From an uncultured Nitrospiraceae bacterium (GTDB lineage Bacteria > Nitrospirota > Thermodesulfovibrionia > Thermodesulfovibrionales > Dissulfurispiraceae), in NCBI GenBank assembly GCA_963727805.1, contig CAVSHF010000003.1:2336001-2400000 (forward strand): DNA of 64,000 nt, read 5' to 3'. Under the pieces are notes generated by a model that saw only the letters and a program-made list of their open reading frames with translations, was not told where the DNA came from and searched no databases. A program made the position numbers and the translations under genes. This document shows, in pieces, positions 55,545 through 64,000 of this stretch (position 1 is its first letter; every line of letters starts with the position of its first letter).

Positions 55545-56726
55545 ATGCATAGAAAGGTTGCTGCAACAGGAAATGAAGCGGTTGCCAATGCAATGCGGAT
55601 AGCCAACCCTGACGTCTGCGGTGCGTATCCTATCACTCCAGCGACTGAGATTATGCAGCGTTTTACCAGCTATGTAGCAAATGGCAAAGTTAAAACCGAA
55701 ATGATACTCGCTGAGAGCGAGCACAGCGCGATGAGCGCATGTATCGGTGCGGCAGTCGCTGGAGGGCGTGTAGCCACAGCAACTTCTGCGCAGGGGCTTG
55801 CTCTCATGTGGGAGATGCTTTTTATTGCGTCGGGGTTGCGTCTGCCGATCGTGATGGGTGTCGCCAATAGGGCGCTTTCAGCGCCGATCAATATTCACTG
55901 TGACCATTCCGACGGCATGGGAGCGCGTGACTGCGGCTGGATACATCTCTATTCCGAAAGTGCCCAGGAGGCCTTTGACAATATGCTCCAGGCATTCAGG
56001 ATCGCCGAGCACGTGGACGTTCGGCTCCCGATTATGGTCGGCCTTGACGGCTTTATCACTAGCCACTCGATAGAAACCATGGAATGGATAGATGATGAAA
56101 CTGCCGGGAAGTTTGTCGGCGAATATATGCCGATCAGGCCGCTTTTGGACATCAAGAACCCCATGAGCTACGGTCCGCTGATTCTCGCTGATATGTACCA
56201 TGAGTATCGTAAGGCACATGAATATGTCATGAGCGGGGTCCCGAAAGTTGTGCTTGATGTAGCGAATGAATTTGAGCAGATCTCCGGCAGGAAGTACGGT
56301 CTCTTCGAGAGTTACCGCATTGACGATGCCGAGGTCGGCATTGTCGTTATGAGCTCTGCAGCCGGCACCACGAAGGAAGTTGTCGACCAACTCCGAGAAA
56401 AGGGCATCAAGGCTGGGGTCCTGAAGCCTCGTCTCTACAGACCATTCCCCTATGCTGAAGTCGGCGAAGCGCTCAAGCACCTCAAGGCAGTGGCTGTGCT
56501 TGATAGGGCAGATTGCTTTGGCGGTTCATTCGGTCCTCTCTATATGGATATAGCGAGCGCGCTCTATCAGTATGCGAAGAAGCCCGTCCTCGTCAATAAG
56601 ATATTTGGCCTTGGTGGCAGGGACTACATGCCTGACCAGGCGGAATACGTGGTGAATGAGCTGGTTCAGATTGCTCAGGATGGTAAGGTAAAATTTGTTA
56701 AAGAATACATCGGAGTGAGGGAGTAA
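55545..56726 (+). CDS. porA: PFOR alpha subunit
   Basis: AYPITP, ESEHSA, NRALSAP. Confidence 0.92.
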   Translation: MHRKVAATGNEAVANAMRIANPDVCGAYPITPATEIMQRFTSYVANGKVKTEMILAESEHSAMSACIGAAVAGGRVATATSAQGLALMWEMLFIASGLRLPIVMGVANRALSAPINIHCDHSDGMGARDCGWIHLYSESAQEAFDNMLQAFRIAEHVDVRLPIMVGLDGFITSHSIETMEWIDDETAGKFVGEYMPIRPLLDIKNPMSYGPLILADMYHEYRKAHEYVMSGVPKVVLDVANEFEQISGRKYGLFESYRIDDAEVGIVVMSSAAGTTKEVVDQLREKGIKAGVLKPRLYRPFPYAEVGEALKHLKAVAVLDRADCFGGSFGPLYMDIASALYQYAKKPVLVNKIFGLGGRDYMPDQAEYVVNELVQIAQDGKVKFVKEYIGVRE

Positions 56727-56727
56727 T

Positions 56728-57711
56728 ATGCCTAAATCACTAAGCATAAAAGAACTTTCAAAGAAAGAAGAGCTGTTTACGTCCGGACACCGTCTCTGCT
56801 CCGGCTGTGGTGCCCCAATCGTAGTTAAGATGGTCGTTATGGCCATAGATTATCCTTTGGTTGTGGCTAACGCGACTGGCTGTCTCGAGGTATCATCCTG
56901 CATATCTGAGTTTACGGCCTGGAAGATTCCATGGATGCACAGCGCGTTTGAAAACGCCGCGGCAAGCATCTCAGGTGTCGAAACTATGTACCGCTCGCTC
57001 AAGAAACAGGGAAAGATTAGCGATGAAATCAAGTTCATCGCATTCGGCGGTGATGGTGGTACGTACGACATCGGGTTTCAGAGCCTGTCTGGAGCGATGG
57101 ACCGCGGCCATGACATGCTCTATATCTGTTATGACAATGGTGCCTATATGAATACGGGTATTCAGCTTTCGTCCGCAACGCCGTTCGGCGCAAACACTAC
57201 GACTTGCCCTGTTGGTAGCCAAAACGCCGGCAAACTCCGTCAGCGAAAAGACATCACCAAGATCATAGGAGCGCACGGCGTTCCGTATGTTGCTCAGGCA
57301 TCCCCAAGTCACTGGCAGGACCTCATGAAAAAGGTAAGGAAGGCGGTTGAAATCAAAGGCCCCAAGTTCATCAATATCCTTGCTCCGTGCAACCGCGGCT
57401 GGAGGACTCAGACCAATGACGCAATAAGGCTGTCTAGGCTGGCTGTCGATACCTGCTATTGGCCACTCTTCGAGATCGAAAACGGTGTGACCAAAATTAC
57501 CCACACGCCGAAAGATAAGAAGGACATTGTCAGATATCTCAAGCCGCAGGGCCGGTTTAAGCACATGTTTACATCGGAAAATGAGTGGATGCTTACGGCA
57601 GCCCAGGAGTATGTGGATGCCTACTGGGCGAGACTGCAGCAGGAGCAGCTATGTTTCGCCTCGCAGGAGCAAGCTGAGCAGATTAAGGTAGAAAATCTTA
57701 ATTGGCAGTAG
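56728..57711 (+). CDS. porB: PFOR beta subunit
   Basis: GHRLCSGC, TGCLEV, GGDGGTYDIG, YMNTG. Confidence 0.92.
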   Translation: MPKSLSIKELSKKEELFTSGHRLCSGCGAPIVVKMVVMAIDYPLVVANATGCLEVSSCISEFTAWKIPWMHSAFENAAASISGVETMYRSLKKQGKISDEIKFIAFGGDGGTYDIGFQSLSGAMDRGHDMLYICYDNGAYMNTGIQLSSATPFGANTTTCPVGSQNAGKLRQRKDITKIIGAHGVPYVAQASPSHWQDLMKKVRKAVEIKGPKFINILAPCNRGWRTQTNDAIRLSRLAVDTCYWPLFEIENGVTKITHTPKDKKDIVRYLKPQGRFKHMFTSENEWMLTAAQEYVDAYWARLQQEQLCFASQEQAEQIKVENLNWQ

Positions 57712-57783
57712 ACAGCTACCCTTGTGGAGGCTTCGATAGGAAAGACTGCAGACCGGGAAAGGGGATAATAAGGGGTAAGCAAG

Positions 57784-59880
57784 ATGCTTAAATACCTGTT
57801 TAACCCGGAAGCCGTCGCGGTCATTGGAGCATCCTGTGATACAAAAAAAGTAGGTTATGCTGTCGTAAACAATCTTGTAAAGTTCAAATATACCGGCAAG
57901 GTCTTTCCGATCAATCCGACCGCTCCCGAGGTTCTTGGCCTCAGGGCGTATCCATCGCTCTCTGCGGTCGGAGAGAAGATAGACCTTGCCGTCATCTGTA
58001 TCCCCGCCAGGTTTGCCCCCGGTGTTATGAGAGAGTGCGGCGAAGCGAAGGTTAAAGCAACAGTCGTTATCACCGCAGGATTCAAAGAGGCCGGGCATGA
58101 AGGATTGCTCCTCGAGCAAGAGATGGTCCAGATTGCAAAAGATTACGGGATCCGAATACTCGGCCCCAACTGTCTGGGCGTGATAAACACGTCGAATAAC
58201 ATGAACGCCTCTTTCGGCGGGGAGATACTCAAGGGCCGAACGGCCCTTTTTTCACAATCCGGTGCACTCGGGGTAGCGATCATGGACTGGGCGCTGGAAT
58301 GTAACTTCGGTTTTTCAAAAGTCATAAGCCTCGGAAATAAATCGGACCTCAATGAGGCCGATTTTCTAGAATATTTCATCAATGATGCCGAAACTGATGT
58401 AGTGCTCGGGTACATCGAGGATGTTATTGACGGCAAGAGATTTATGGAGATTGCCCGAAAGGCCACACGGGTAAAACCGGTAATTCTCGTCAAGGCTGGC
58501 GGGACTGTATCAGGTGCTCGGGCTGCGTCATCGCATACCGGCGCGCTTGCAGGATCGGAGACTGCTTTCACTGCGGCGTTCAGACAAACGGGAATTATCA
58601 GGGCTCAGGGAATCCAGGACCTCTTCGATATGGCGCTCACATTCTCTGGTGGAAAACTGCCTGCTGGTGACAGGCTACTGATCATCACAAACGCAGGCGG
58701 GCCAGGCATTATCGCGGCGGATGCGGCGGACAAAATCGGTATTACTCTTTCGCCCATGACTAGGGAGTCGATCGATGCGATCGCTCCGCTACTGCCGTCC
58801 AACGCGTGTCTATACAATCCGATCGACATTATTGGCGACGCGACATCGGAAAGATATGCGACAGTATTGAACAGGGCGGTGATCGATCCGAATGTCGACG
58901 GCATTTTAATGCTACTCACTCCGCAGGCAATGACCGATGTCGATAACATAGCTGAAATCATTATCGATAGCGCGTCGAAAACTGACAAGCCTGTTATTTC
59001 TGCGTTCGTCGGCGGGAATACTGTTCGTGCAGCAGTTGCGCAGATGAAACTACATTCGATCCCGGCCTTTTCTTATCCCGAAGTAGCGGTTAATGCTTTT
59101 AAAAAGCTCTTCGAATTCTCTGCAACTAGGGGAAAGGAGCGGGGGGGTGAGCGTTTCGTCATCCCTGAGGACAACAGGGCTGCGGTCCGTGAGATGATCG
59201 ATGAGATGCGCGCGACTGGTCATTCTGAATTTGGCGACGACTCGTCAATGCAGATACTGATGCATTATGGCTTCACCTTCCCCCAGTGTGGGCTGTCCCG
59301 TACAGCCAGGGAAGCTGCAGTTTTAGGAAAGAGGATTGGGTTCCCTGTTGTTATGAAGATATCGTCGCCCGACATCCTTCACAAAACAGATGTGGGTGGG
59401 GTAAAGTTCAATATTGAGTCCGCCGAGGCTGCTTCAGACGCCTTCATCGAAATTACGGCTAATGCTAGAAGGTTTATGCCGGATGCATATATCAACGGCG
59501 TTACCGTGTATCAAATGGTGAAGGAAGGCAAGGAGGTCATCCTGGGTGTTACATACGACCGGACGTTCGGGCATATGATCATGTTCGGGCTGGGAGGCAT
59601 TTACGTAGAGGTCCTGAAAGACGTTTCATTCAGAATTGCCCCTGTTTCCCGGGACGAGGCTTCCAGCATGGTAACTGACATAAGATCAATCGCACTACTG
59701 AGAGGCGTGCGGGGCGAAAGGCCAGCAGATATCGGGGCCATTGTCGATGGTATCATGCGGGTCTCGGCCCTTGTCACGGACTTCCCCGAAATAAGAGAAC
59801 TCGACATTAACCCGCTCAAGGTAATGTACAAAGGCGCCTTAGCCCTGGATTCGCGCATTATTTTTGAACCCGCGGCTTAA
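57784..59880 (+). CDS. ADP-forming acetate--CoA ligase, fused alpha-beta
   Basis: AVIGAS, GPNCLG, SQSG, SSHTGALAG, ATP-grasp DILHKTDVGGV. Confidence 0.9.
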   Translation: MLKYLFNPEAVAVIGASCDTKKVGYAVVNNLVKFKYTGKVFPINPTAPEVLGLRAYPSLSAVGEKIDLAVICIPARFAPGVMRECGEAKVKATVVITAGFKEAGHEGLLLEQEMVQIAKDYGIRILGPNCLGVINTSNNMNASFGGEILKGRTALFSQSGALGVAIMDWALECNFGFSKVISLGNKSDLNEADFLEYFINDAETDVVLGYIEDVIDGKRFMEIARKATRVKPVILVKAGGTVSGARAASSHTGALAGSETAFTAAFRQTGIIRAQGIQDLFDMALTFSGGKLPAGDRLLIITNAGGPGIIAADAADKIGITLSPMTRESIDAIAPLLPSNACLYNPIDIIGDATSERYATVLNRAVIDPNVDGILMLLTPQAMTDVDNIAEIIIDSASKTDKPVISAFVGGNTVRAAVAQMKLHSIPAFSYPEVAVNAFKKLFEFSATRGKERGGERFVIPEDNRAAVREMIDEMRATGHSEFGDDSSMQILMHYGFTFPQCGLSRTAREAAVLGKRIGFPVVMKISSPDILHKTDVGGVKFNIESAEAASDAFIEITANARRFMPDAYINGVTVYQMVKEGKEVILGVTYDRTFGHMIMFGLGGIYVEVLKDVSFRIAPVSRDEASSMVTDIRSIALLRGVRGERPADIGAIVDGIMRVSALVTDFPEIRELDINPLKVMYKGALALDSRIIFEPAA

Positions 59881-59918
59881 GGTCAACGCGAATAAAGCAT
59901 ACGCGAGGAGAGAAAGAG

Positions 59919-60980
59919 ATGATCCCAATACTGATAACATCGAACAGGACGAAAGCCGGAAAGGTTTTTTTAACCATCGGACTTGGACAGAAGCTTCTGC
60001 AGCAGGGCTACAAAATCGGTTATATCAAGCCTCTCGGCACCGTCCCAGTTAAACACGGACACGATGTCTTCGACGAAGATGCGATATTCATCAAAGACGC
60101 CCTCGCCCTCGGTGACCCTCTCAGCATAATATCACCTTTTGTCCTGAGTTACGAAACACAGAACCTTCTGCTTGAAGGGGGAATGAAAGATGCCGCGAGG
60201 CCGGTGCTGGATGCGTTCGATGCGCTGAAAGACAGGGATTTTGTTCTCATTCATGGCGCGGGAGATGTCTTCGAGGGGACTTCTCTCAATCTCGATGCGG
60301 GCACCATGGCAAAAGAAATGAATGCCCGCGTCGTCATCGTGGAACCATGGAGGGGCGATCTTTCGATAGATACAATTTTAGGGGCCCAGAAGTTTTTTGG
60401 CGAGCACTTCTGCGGCGGCATTTTCAACAAAATCCCAGAGAACCAGTTACCTCACGTTAAGGAGATCGTTAAGCCTTTTATCGAAAAGAAGGGAATTCCT
60501 GTCTACGGCATCTTCAAGAAGGACAAGATACTGGAGGCGGTAACGGTCAAACACCTTGTGGAAGTTCTGAACGGTCACGTCCTCGACTGCGAAGACAAGC
60601 TCGGAGAATTTGTCGAGAACTTCTCCATAGGCGCTATGGATGTGGATTCGGCCCTAAGCTATTTCAGAAGGACCCCGAACAAAGCGGTTATCACAGGTGC
60701 TCACAGAACCGATATTCAGCTCGTCGCTCTGGAAACATCTACCAAGTGCATTATCCTCACCGGCGGGCTTCAAACAAGTGATGTAGTTATCGGCAAGGCA
60801 CAAGCCAAGGGAATACCGATCATATCCGTCGAGACGGATACGTTTACCACTGTTGACAGAATAGAGAGAATAATGGGACAAACGATGATACGTGAAAAAG
60901 GAAAGGTCGACCGCGCGAAAGAGGTTGTCAGCTTAGAGTTGGATATCAATAAATTCCTGAAATGCATGTCTATTTTCTGA
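59919..60980 (+). CDS. Pta N-terminal-like (AAA_26 + DRTGG) protein lacking the PTA catalytic domain
   Basis: AGK, GYIKP, AHRTDIQ...ILTGG. Confidence 0.85.
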   Translation: MIPILITSNRTKAGKVFLTIGLGQKLLQQGYKIGYIKPLGTVPVKHGHDVFDEDAIFIKDALALGDPLSIISPFVLSYETQNLLLEGGMKDAARPVLDAFDALKDRDFVLIHGAGDVFEGTSLNLDAGTMAKEMNARVVIVEPWRGDLSIDTILGAQKFFGEHFCGGIFNKIPENQLPHVKEIVKPFIEKKGIPVYGIFKKDKILEAVTVKHLVEVLNGHVLDCEDKLGEFVENFSIGAMDVDSALSYFRRTPNKAVITGAHRTDIQLVALETSTKCIILTGGLQTSDVVIGKAQAKGIPIISVETDTFTTVDRIERIMGQTMIREKGKVDRAKEVVSLELDINKFLKCMSIF

Positions 60981-61150
60981 AGAGGGAAAAGAACATAAAG
61001 AGCATTATCAAGTCAAAATCTAAGACTTCCGAGGAAATCCAGCTCAACCCCTATCTCAAAGAGCATGGTATCCCGGTGAGGGCGGCCGATCTGGGAGATT
61101 GGATAATACAACTTGCCGAGCAGGCACCACCCGTATGGTCACGTAGCGCT
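60980..61150 (+). pseudogene. Fragment of a LutB/LldF-like lactate utilisation gene
   Basis: IKSIIKSKSKTSEEIQLNPYLKEHGI...DLGDWIIQLA with no N- or C-terminal remainder. Confidence 0.75.
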
Positions 61151-61282
61151 CCTATGGATGCAGTTGGCTGCGTTATGCAAATCAGGTAGGCCTTGACAAG
61201 CAAAACTTGGATATCAGGGCAATGCAAACTGCAGAAATTCTTGCGAAGCAATTCAAATAAAATATATGTGGGGAGGGCTAAT

Positions 61283-62302
61283 ATGGATTTGAAGACGCTC
61301 AGGACGACCGCTCGAGAACGAATGAAGGGATACTGTCGAGTGTGCCCCGTATGCAATGGCGTTGCATGCGCAGGAGAAGTCCCGGGAATGGGGGGCGTGG
61401 GGACTGGGAGCGCCTTTGGGGGAAATCTGGAGGCCTTGGCGAAACGCCGCTTGAACATGAAGACTATCCATGATGTTAAGACCGCAGATACTTCGTTTCC
61501 CCTGTGGGGAGAGACGCTCGCCATGCCGGTGCTGGGTGCTCCGTTGACGGGGGTTTCATACAACATGGGCGGACAGATGTCGGAATCGGAATTTTCTGAA
61601 ATGCTCATTAGTGGGGCCCTCCTCGCGGGGACTATCGGAATGATCGGCGACGGTGCAGATCCCGAGATGTACAACGGCGGGATAGCTGCGATTGCCAACC
61701 ACATGGGTAAGGGTATCCCGATCATAAAACCGAGGCAACAGAATGAGGTCATAAAGCGTATCCGTCAGGCCGAAGAAGCGGGGGCCATTGCAGTTGGTAT
61801 CGACATCGACGGGGCTGGGCTCGTGACGATGGCGATGAAAGGGCAGCCTGTTGGACCAAAGACATTAAGAGAGCTTTCTGAAATTATCAAGGCTACACGG
61901 TTACCCTTTATCCTTAAAGGGATCATGACTCCGGTCGAAGCTGATCTAGCGGTCGAAGCAGGTGCGGCGGCGATCGTCGTCTCCAACCACGGAGGTAGGG
62001 TGCTAGATTACACCCCGGGCGTTGCCGATGTCCTCTCCAAGATAGCTGATCATGTCAGGGGCAAAGTGGTAATCTTTGCTGATGGGGGAGTCAGGGCGGG
62101 CACCGATGTACTCAAACTACTTTCATTGGGCGCAGATGGGGTTTTAGTGGGAAGACCGCTTACGACCGGGGCCTTCGGCGGAGGGGGAGATGGCGTCGCG
62201 TTCTTGCTAAGAAAAATGATGAACGAGCTGGTTCAGGCTATGCTTCTAACCGGAACCGCGGATATAAAGAATGTGAACCGGGACATTATCTATCAATACT
62301 AA
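61283..62302 (+). CDS. FMN-dependent alpha-hydroxy acid oxidoreductase
   Basis: CRVCPVCNGVAC, ILKG, VVSNHGGR, ADGGVR, VGRP. Confidence 0.9.
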   Translation: MDLKTLRTTARERMKGYCRVCPVCNGVACAGEVPGMGGVGTGSAFGGNLEALAKRRLNMKTIHDVKTADTSFPLWGETLAMPVLGAPLTGVSYNMGGQMSESEFSEMLISGALLAGTIGMIGDGADPEMYNGGIAAIANHMGKGIPIIKPRQQNEVIKRIRQAEEAGAIAVGIDIDGAGLVTMAMKGQPVGPKTLRELSEIIKATRLPFILKGIMTPVEADLAVEAGAAAIVVSNHGGRVLDYTPGVADVLSKIADHVRGKVVIFADGGVRAGTDVLKLLSLGADGVLVGRPLTTGAFGGGGDGVAFLLRKMMNELVQAMLLTGTADIKNVNRDIIYQY

Positions 62303-62459
62303 GAAGGAGCCATGATAACATGTGTTTATAAAAGATGATATGCTTCAGGTCATGTTCTGTGGATTATGTCGTCACGCGATCTCATATGTTGAAAAAATAA
62401 AATGGAAGATATTGTCCCTTTAAAAACCGAGAAAATCAGTGGTGTAATTTTAAATGCAG

Positions 62460-62736
62460 TCGATGGCTGATACGTGGACAGAGATTTATGAAAGTCCCAG
62501 GAGAAAGATATTTGAACCATTCTTTACAATAAAATAAATGGGTAAATGGACTCGGGCTGGCGATGGTATAGGGATAATCAGACAGCACAACGGATTTGTC
62601 ATGTCTATAGCGAGCCCGATAAAGGCATGACATTCATGATATATACATCCCGTCAATGTAGCGAGAAGAGGATGAATCGGAACGGGGAAGCCGGTTTCAG
62701 TGAAAGGGAGAACGGAGACGATCCTGCTGGCAGAAC
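62460..62736 (+). pseudogene. Remnant of a hybrid sensor histidine kinase (HATPase_c end + receiver start)
   Basis: ADT..EI...RKIFEPFFTIK*MGK, GLAMV*GIIRQHNGF, VYSEPDKGMTFMIY, TETILLAE across stops and frameshifts. Confidence 0.75.
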
Positions 62737-62780
62737 ACTAAACAGAAGTGTCCCGTTGAAGCTACCGGGATTGCGTAGCA

Positions 62781-63332
62781 TCACTTGATCCTCTTCGAGA
62801 TCGCCTTGAACTCTTCGGTCCCCGCGACTTTCAGCAATTGAAAAAGCACCGTTTCGGTGCAGGAGATGACTGCCCCCGCGTTGCGCATGTACTCAACTCC
62901 CGTATTCCAGTTCTCTTTTGTTCTTGAGCAGACAGCATCTTTTACAATATGAACGTTGAAACCCTCGTTCAGGAGATGGACGCATGTCTGGAGCACGCAT
63001 ACGTGTGTTTCCATGCCGGTCATGATGATGGTTTTTCGCTTCAATGCACGGAGTTTGTTGACGAATCCCTGTTCGCCGCAGCAACTAAAACTGACTTTCT
63101 CAATGGGCTGATAATCGGGCACGGCTTTTTTGATAGCCTCGATGGTTCGGCCAAGACCTTTGGGATACTGTTCAGTAACGAGAACAGGCATTGCGATCAT
63201 CTTTGCCAGCTCGATGAGGTGAAGGCAGTTTCCGATCACAGAATCTTTTACTCGCATGGCATTCACCAGCCGTTCCTGGATATCGATGATGATCAGAATA
63301 GATTCGTCGGTCGAGGGAAAGAACTTGTCCAT
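62781..63332 (-). CDS. Isochorismatase-family hydrolase
   Basis: IDIQERL, TEQYPKGLG, KVSFSC, GMETHVCV; RBS GGAGG. Confidence 0.92.
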   Translation of the reverse strand: MDKFFPSTDESILIIIDIQERLVNAMRVKDSVIGNCLHLIELAKMIAMPVLVTEQYPKGLGRTIEAIKKAVPDYQPIEKVSFSCCGEQGFVNKLRALKRKTIIMTGMETHVCVLQTCVHLLNEGFNVHIVKDAVCSRTKENWNTGVEYMRNAGAVISCTETVLFQLLKVAGTEEFKAISKRIK

Positions 63333-63421
63333 GCAACCTCCAATAATCCGAAGTAATAGATCATTTAAACACATCTCAAGGATGTTTTCAATACGGACTT
63401 TTCCTAAGTGTCAATTTAGAT

Positions 63422-63601
63422 ATAATCAAGGGTGGTGCCCACAGAGAGTATGCCATTGAAAGCGCCAAAACCCATTTATTGCGGCTCATCAGGCTCAAGG
63501 AGCAGATTGAGAAGGGGACAATCGATACGATCAATGGCTGTCAGCAATCGAGGGTCAGAACAACATTTCCCCTCAATATCGTCTACAGGCTTTTTCCCTG
63601 A
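63422..63601 (+). pseudogene. C-terminal remnant of a GH57 alpha-glucan branching enzyme
   Basis: IIKGGAHREYAIESAKTHLLRLIRLKEQIEKGTID/QWLSAIEGQNNI/NIVYRLF resembles the GH57 branching-enzyme C-terminus as recalled, not searched. Confidence 0.6.
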
Positions 63602-63650
63602 CTAGGCATGGTCATGCATGGCGTATTTCGGATTATATTTGGCAGATAAT

Positions 63651-63812
63651 AAAAAAGTGGTGCTTGCTTCCTTTCTCTACTCAGCGGTTTGCAACATCTT
63701 GAGACATTCGACATGAGACTCTTTGTGTCTGACATCTTACGTCCTGCGACTTTACAACCATTCGCTGAGTTCTGAAAGGAGCAAGACCACCACTTGGTGA
63801 GCGCATCCTCTT
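63651..63812 (-). ncRNA. Candidate structured small RNA (long rod hairpin ending in a U tract)
   Basis: Paired segments AAGTGGTG/CACCACTT, CTTGC/GCAAG, TCCTTTC/GAAAGGA, ACTCAGCG/CGCTGAGT; promoter directly upstream. Confidence 0.6.
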
Positions 63813-63818
63813 AATTCA

Positions 63819-63847
63819 TTTATACACCCATTTCGGGTCATTGTCAA
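63819..63847 (-). promoter_or_regulatory. Near-consensus sigma70 promoter
   Basis: TTGACA -17 nt- TATAAA. Confidence 0.8.
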
Positions 63848-64000
63848 GTTAATTTTTATGCAAACTTTTTAAAGGGAAAAGAACTCAGATTTAATCGACA
63901 AAATACCACAATTTATCGCATATACCCGCTCACCAGTATATGCCTGTCGCTTATTTCTTTCACATCGAGGAATTCGATATTTTCTTCTCTGAGCTGAGAT

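Noticed and set aside
63680..63806. Short ORF (~40 codons) inside the candidate ncRNA
   Set aside because: The SD-like GAGG directly abuts the ATG and the ORF is buried in the hairpin; not excluded, but unsupported.

Overview
Chromosomal window spanning the replication origin of an anaerobic diderm bacterium; gene content resembles Nitrospirota or deltaproteobacteria (inference). It is mostly housekeeping: tkt-ftsEX-envC-ctpA, kdsA, fba-pfk, an ArsR/P1B-ATPase pair, tRNA-Lys(CTT), mreBCD-mrdA-rodA-ribH-nusB, ftsY, dnaE-accA, gyrA, gyrB-dnaN-dnaA, oriC, frameshifted prfB, lnt, kdsB-pyrG, parAB and a PFOR/acetate-CoA ligase cluster. The most unusual part is a ~4.3 kb AT-richer insert between gyrB and gyrA. 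It carries five co-oriented accessory genes and two homologous ~220-250 bp non-coding elements built from helically phased TTGGCGCATAAG-type boxes around an IHF-consensus site. TAGTT(AG) cores recur at several junctions, and no recombinase gene is present in the window. This looks like a non-autonomous, cassette-like gene-capture platform, but that reading is inference. Also found: a candidate ~160-nt rod-shaped ncRNA with a near-consensus sigma70 promoter, five eroded gene remnants that the ORF track does not recover as intact genes (comM, YdbH-like, LutB-like, hybrid histidine kinase, GH57), and a possible origin-spanning inversion that split kdsB-pyrG from kdsA. All calls come from reading the sequence by eye; no searches were run.
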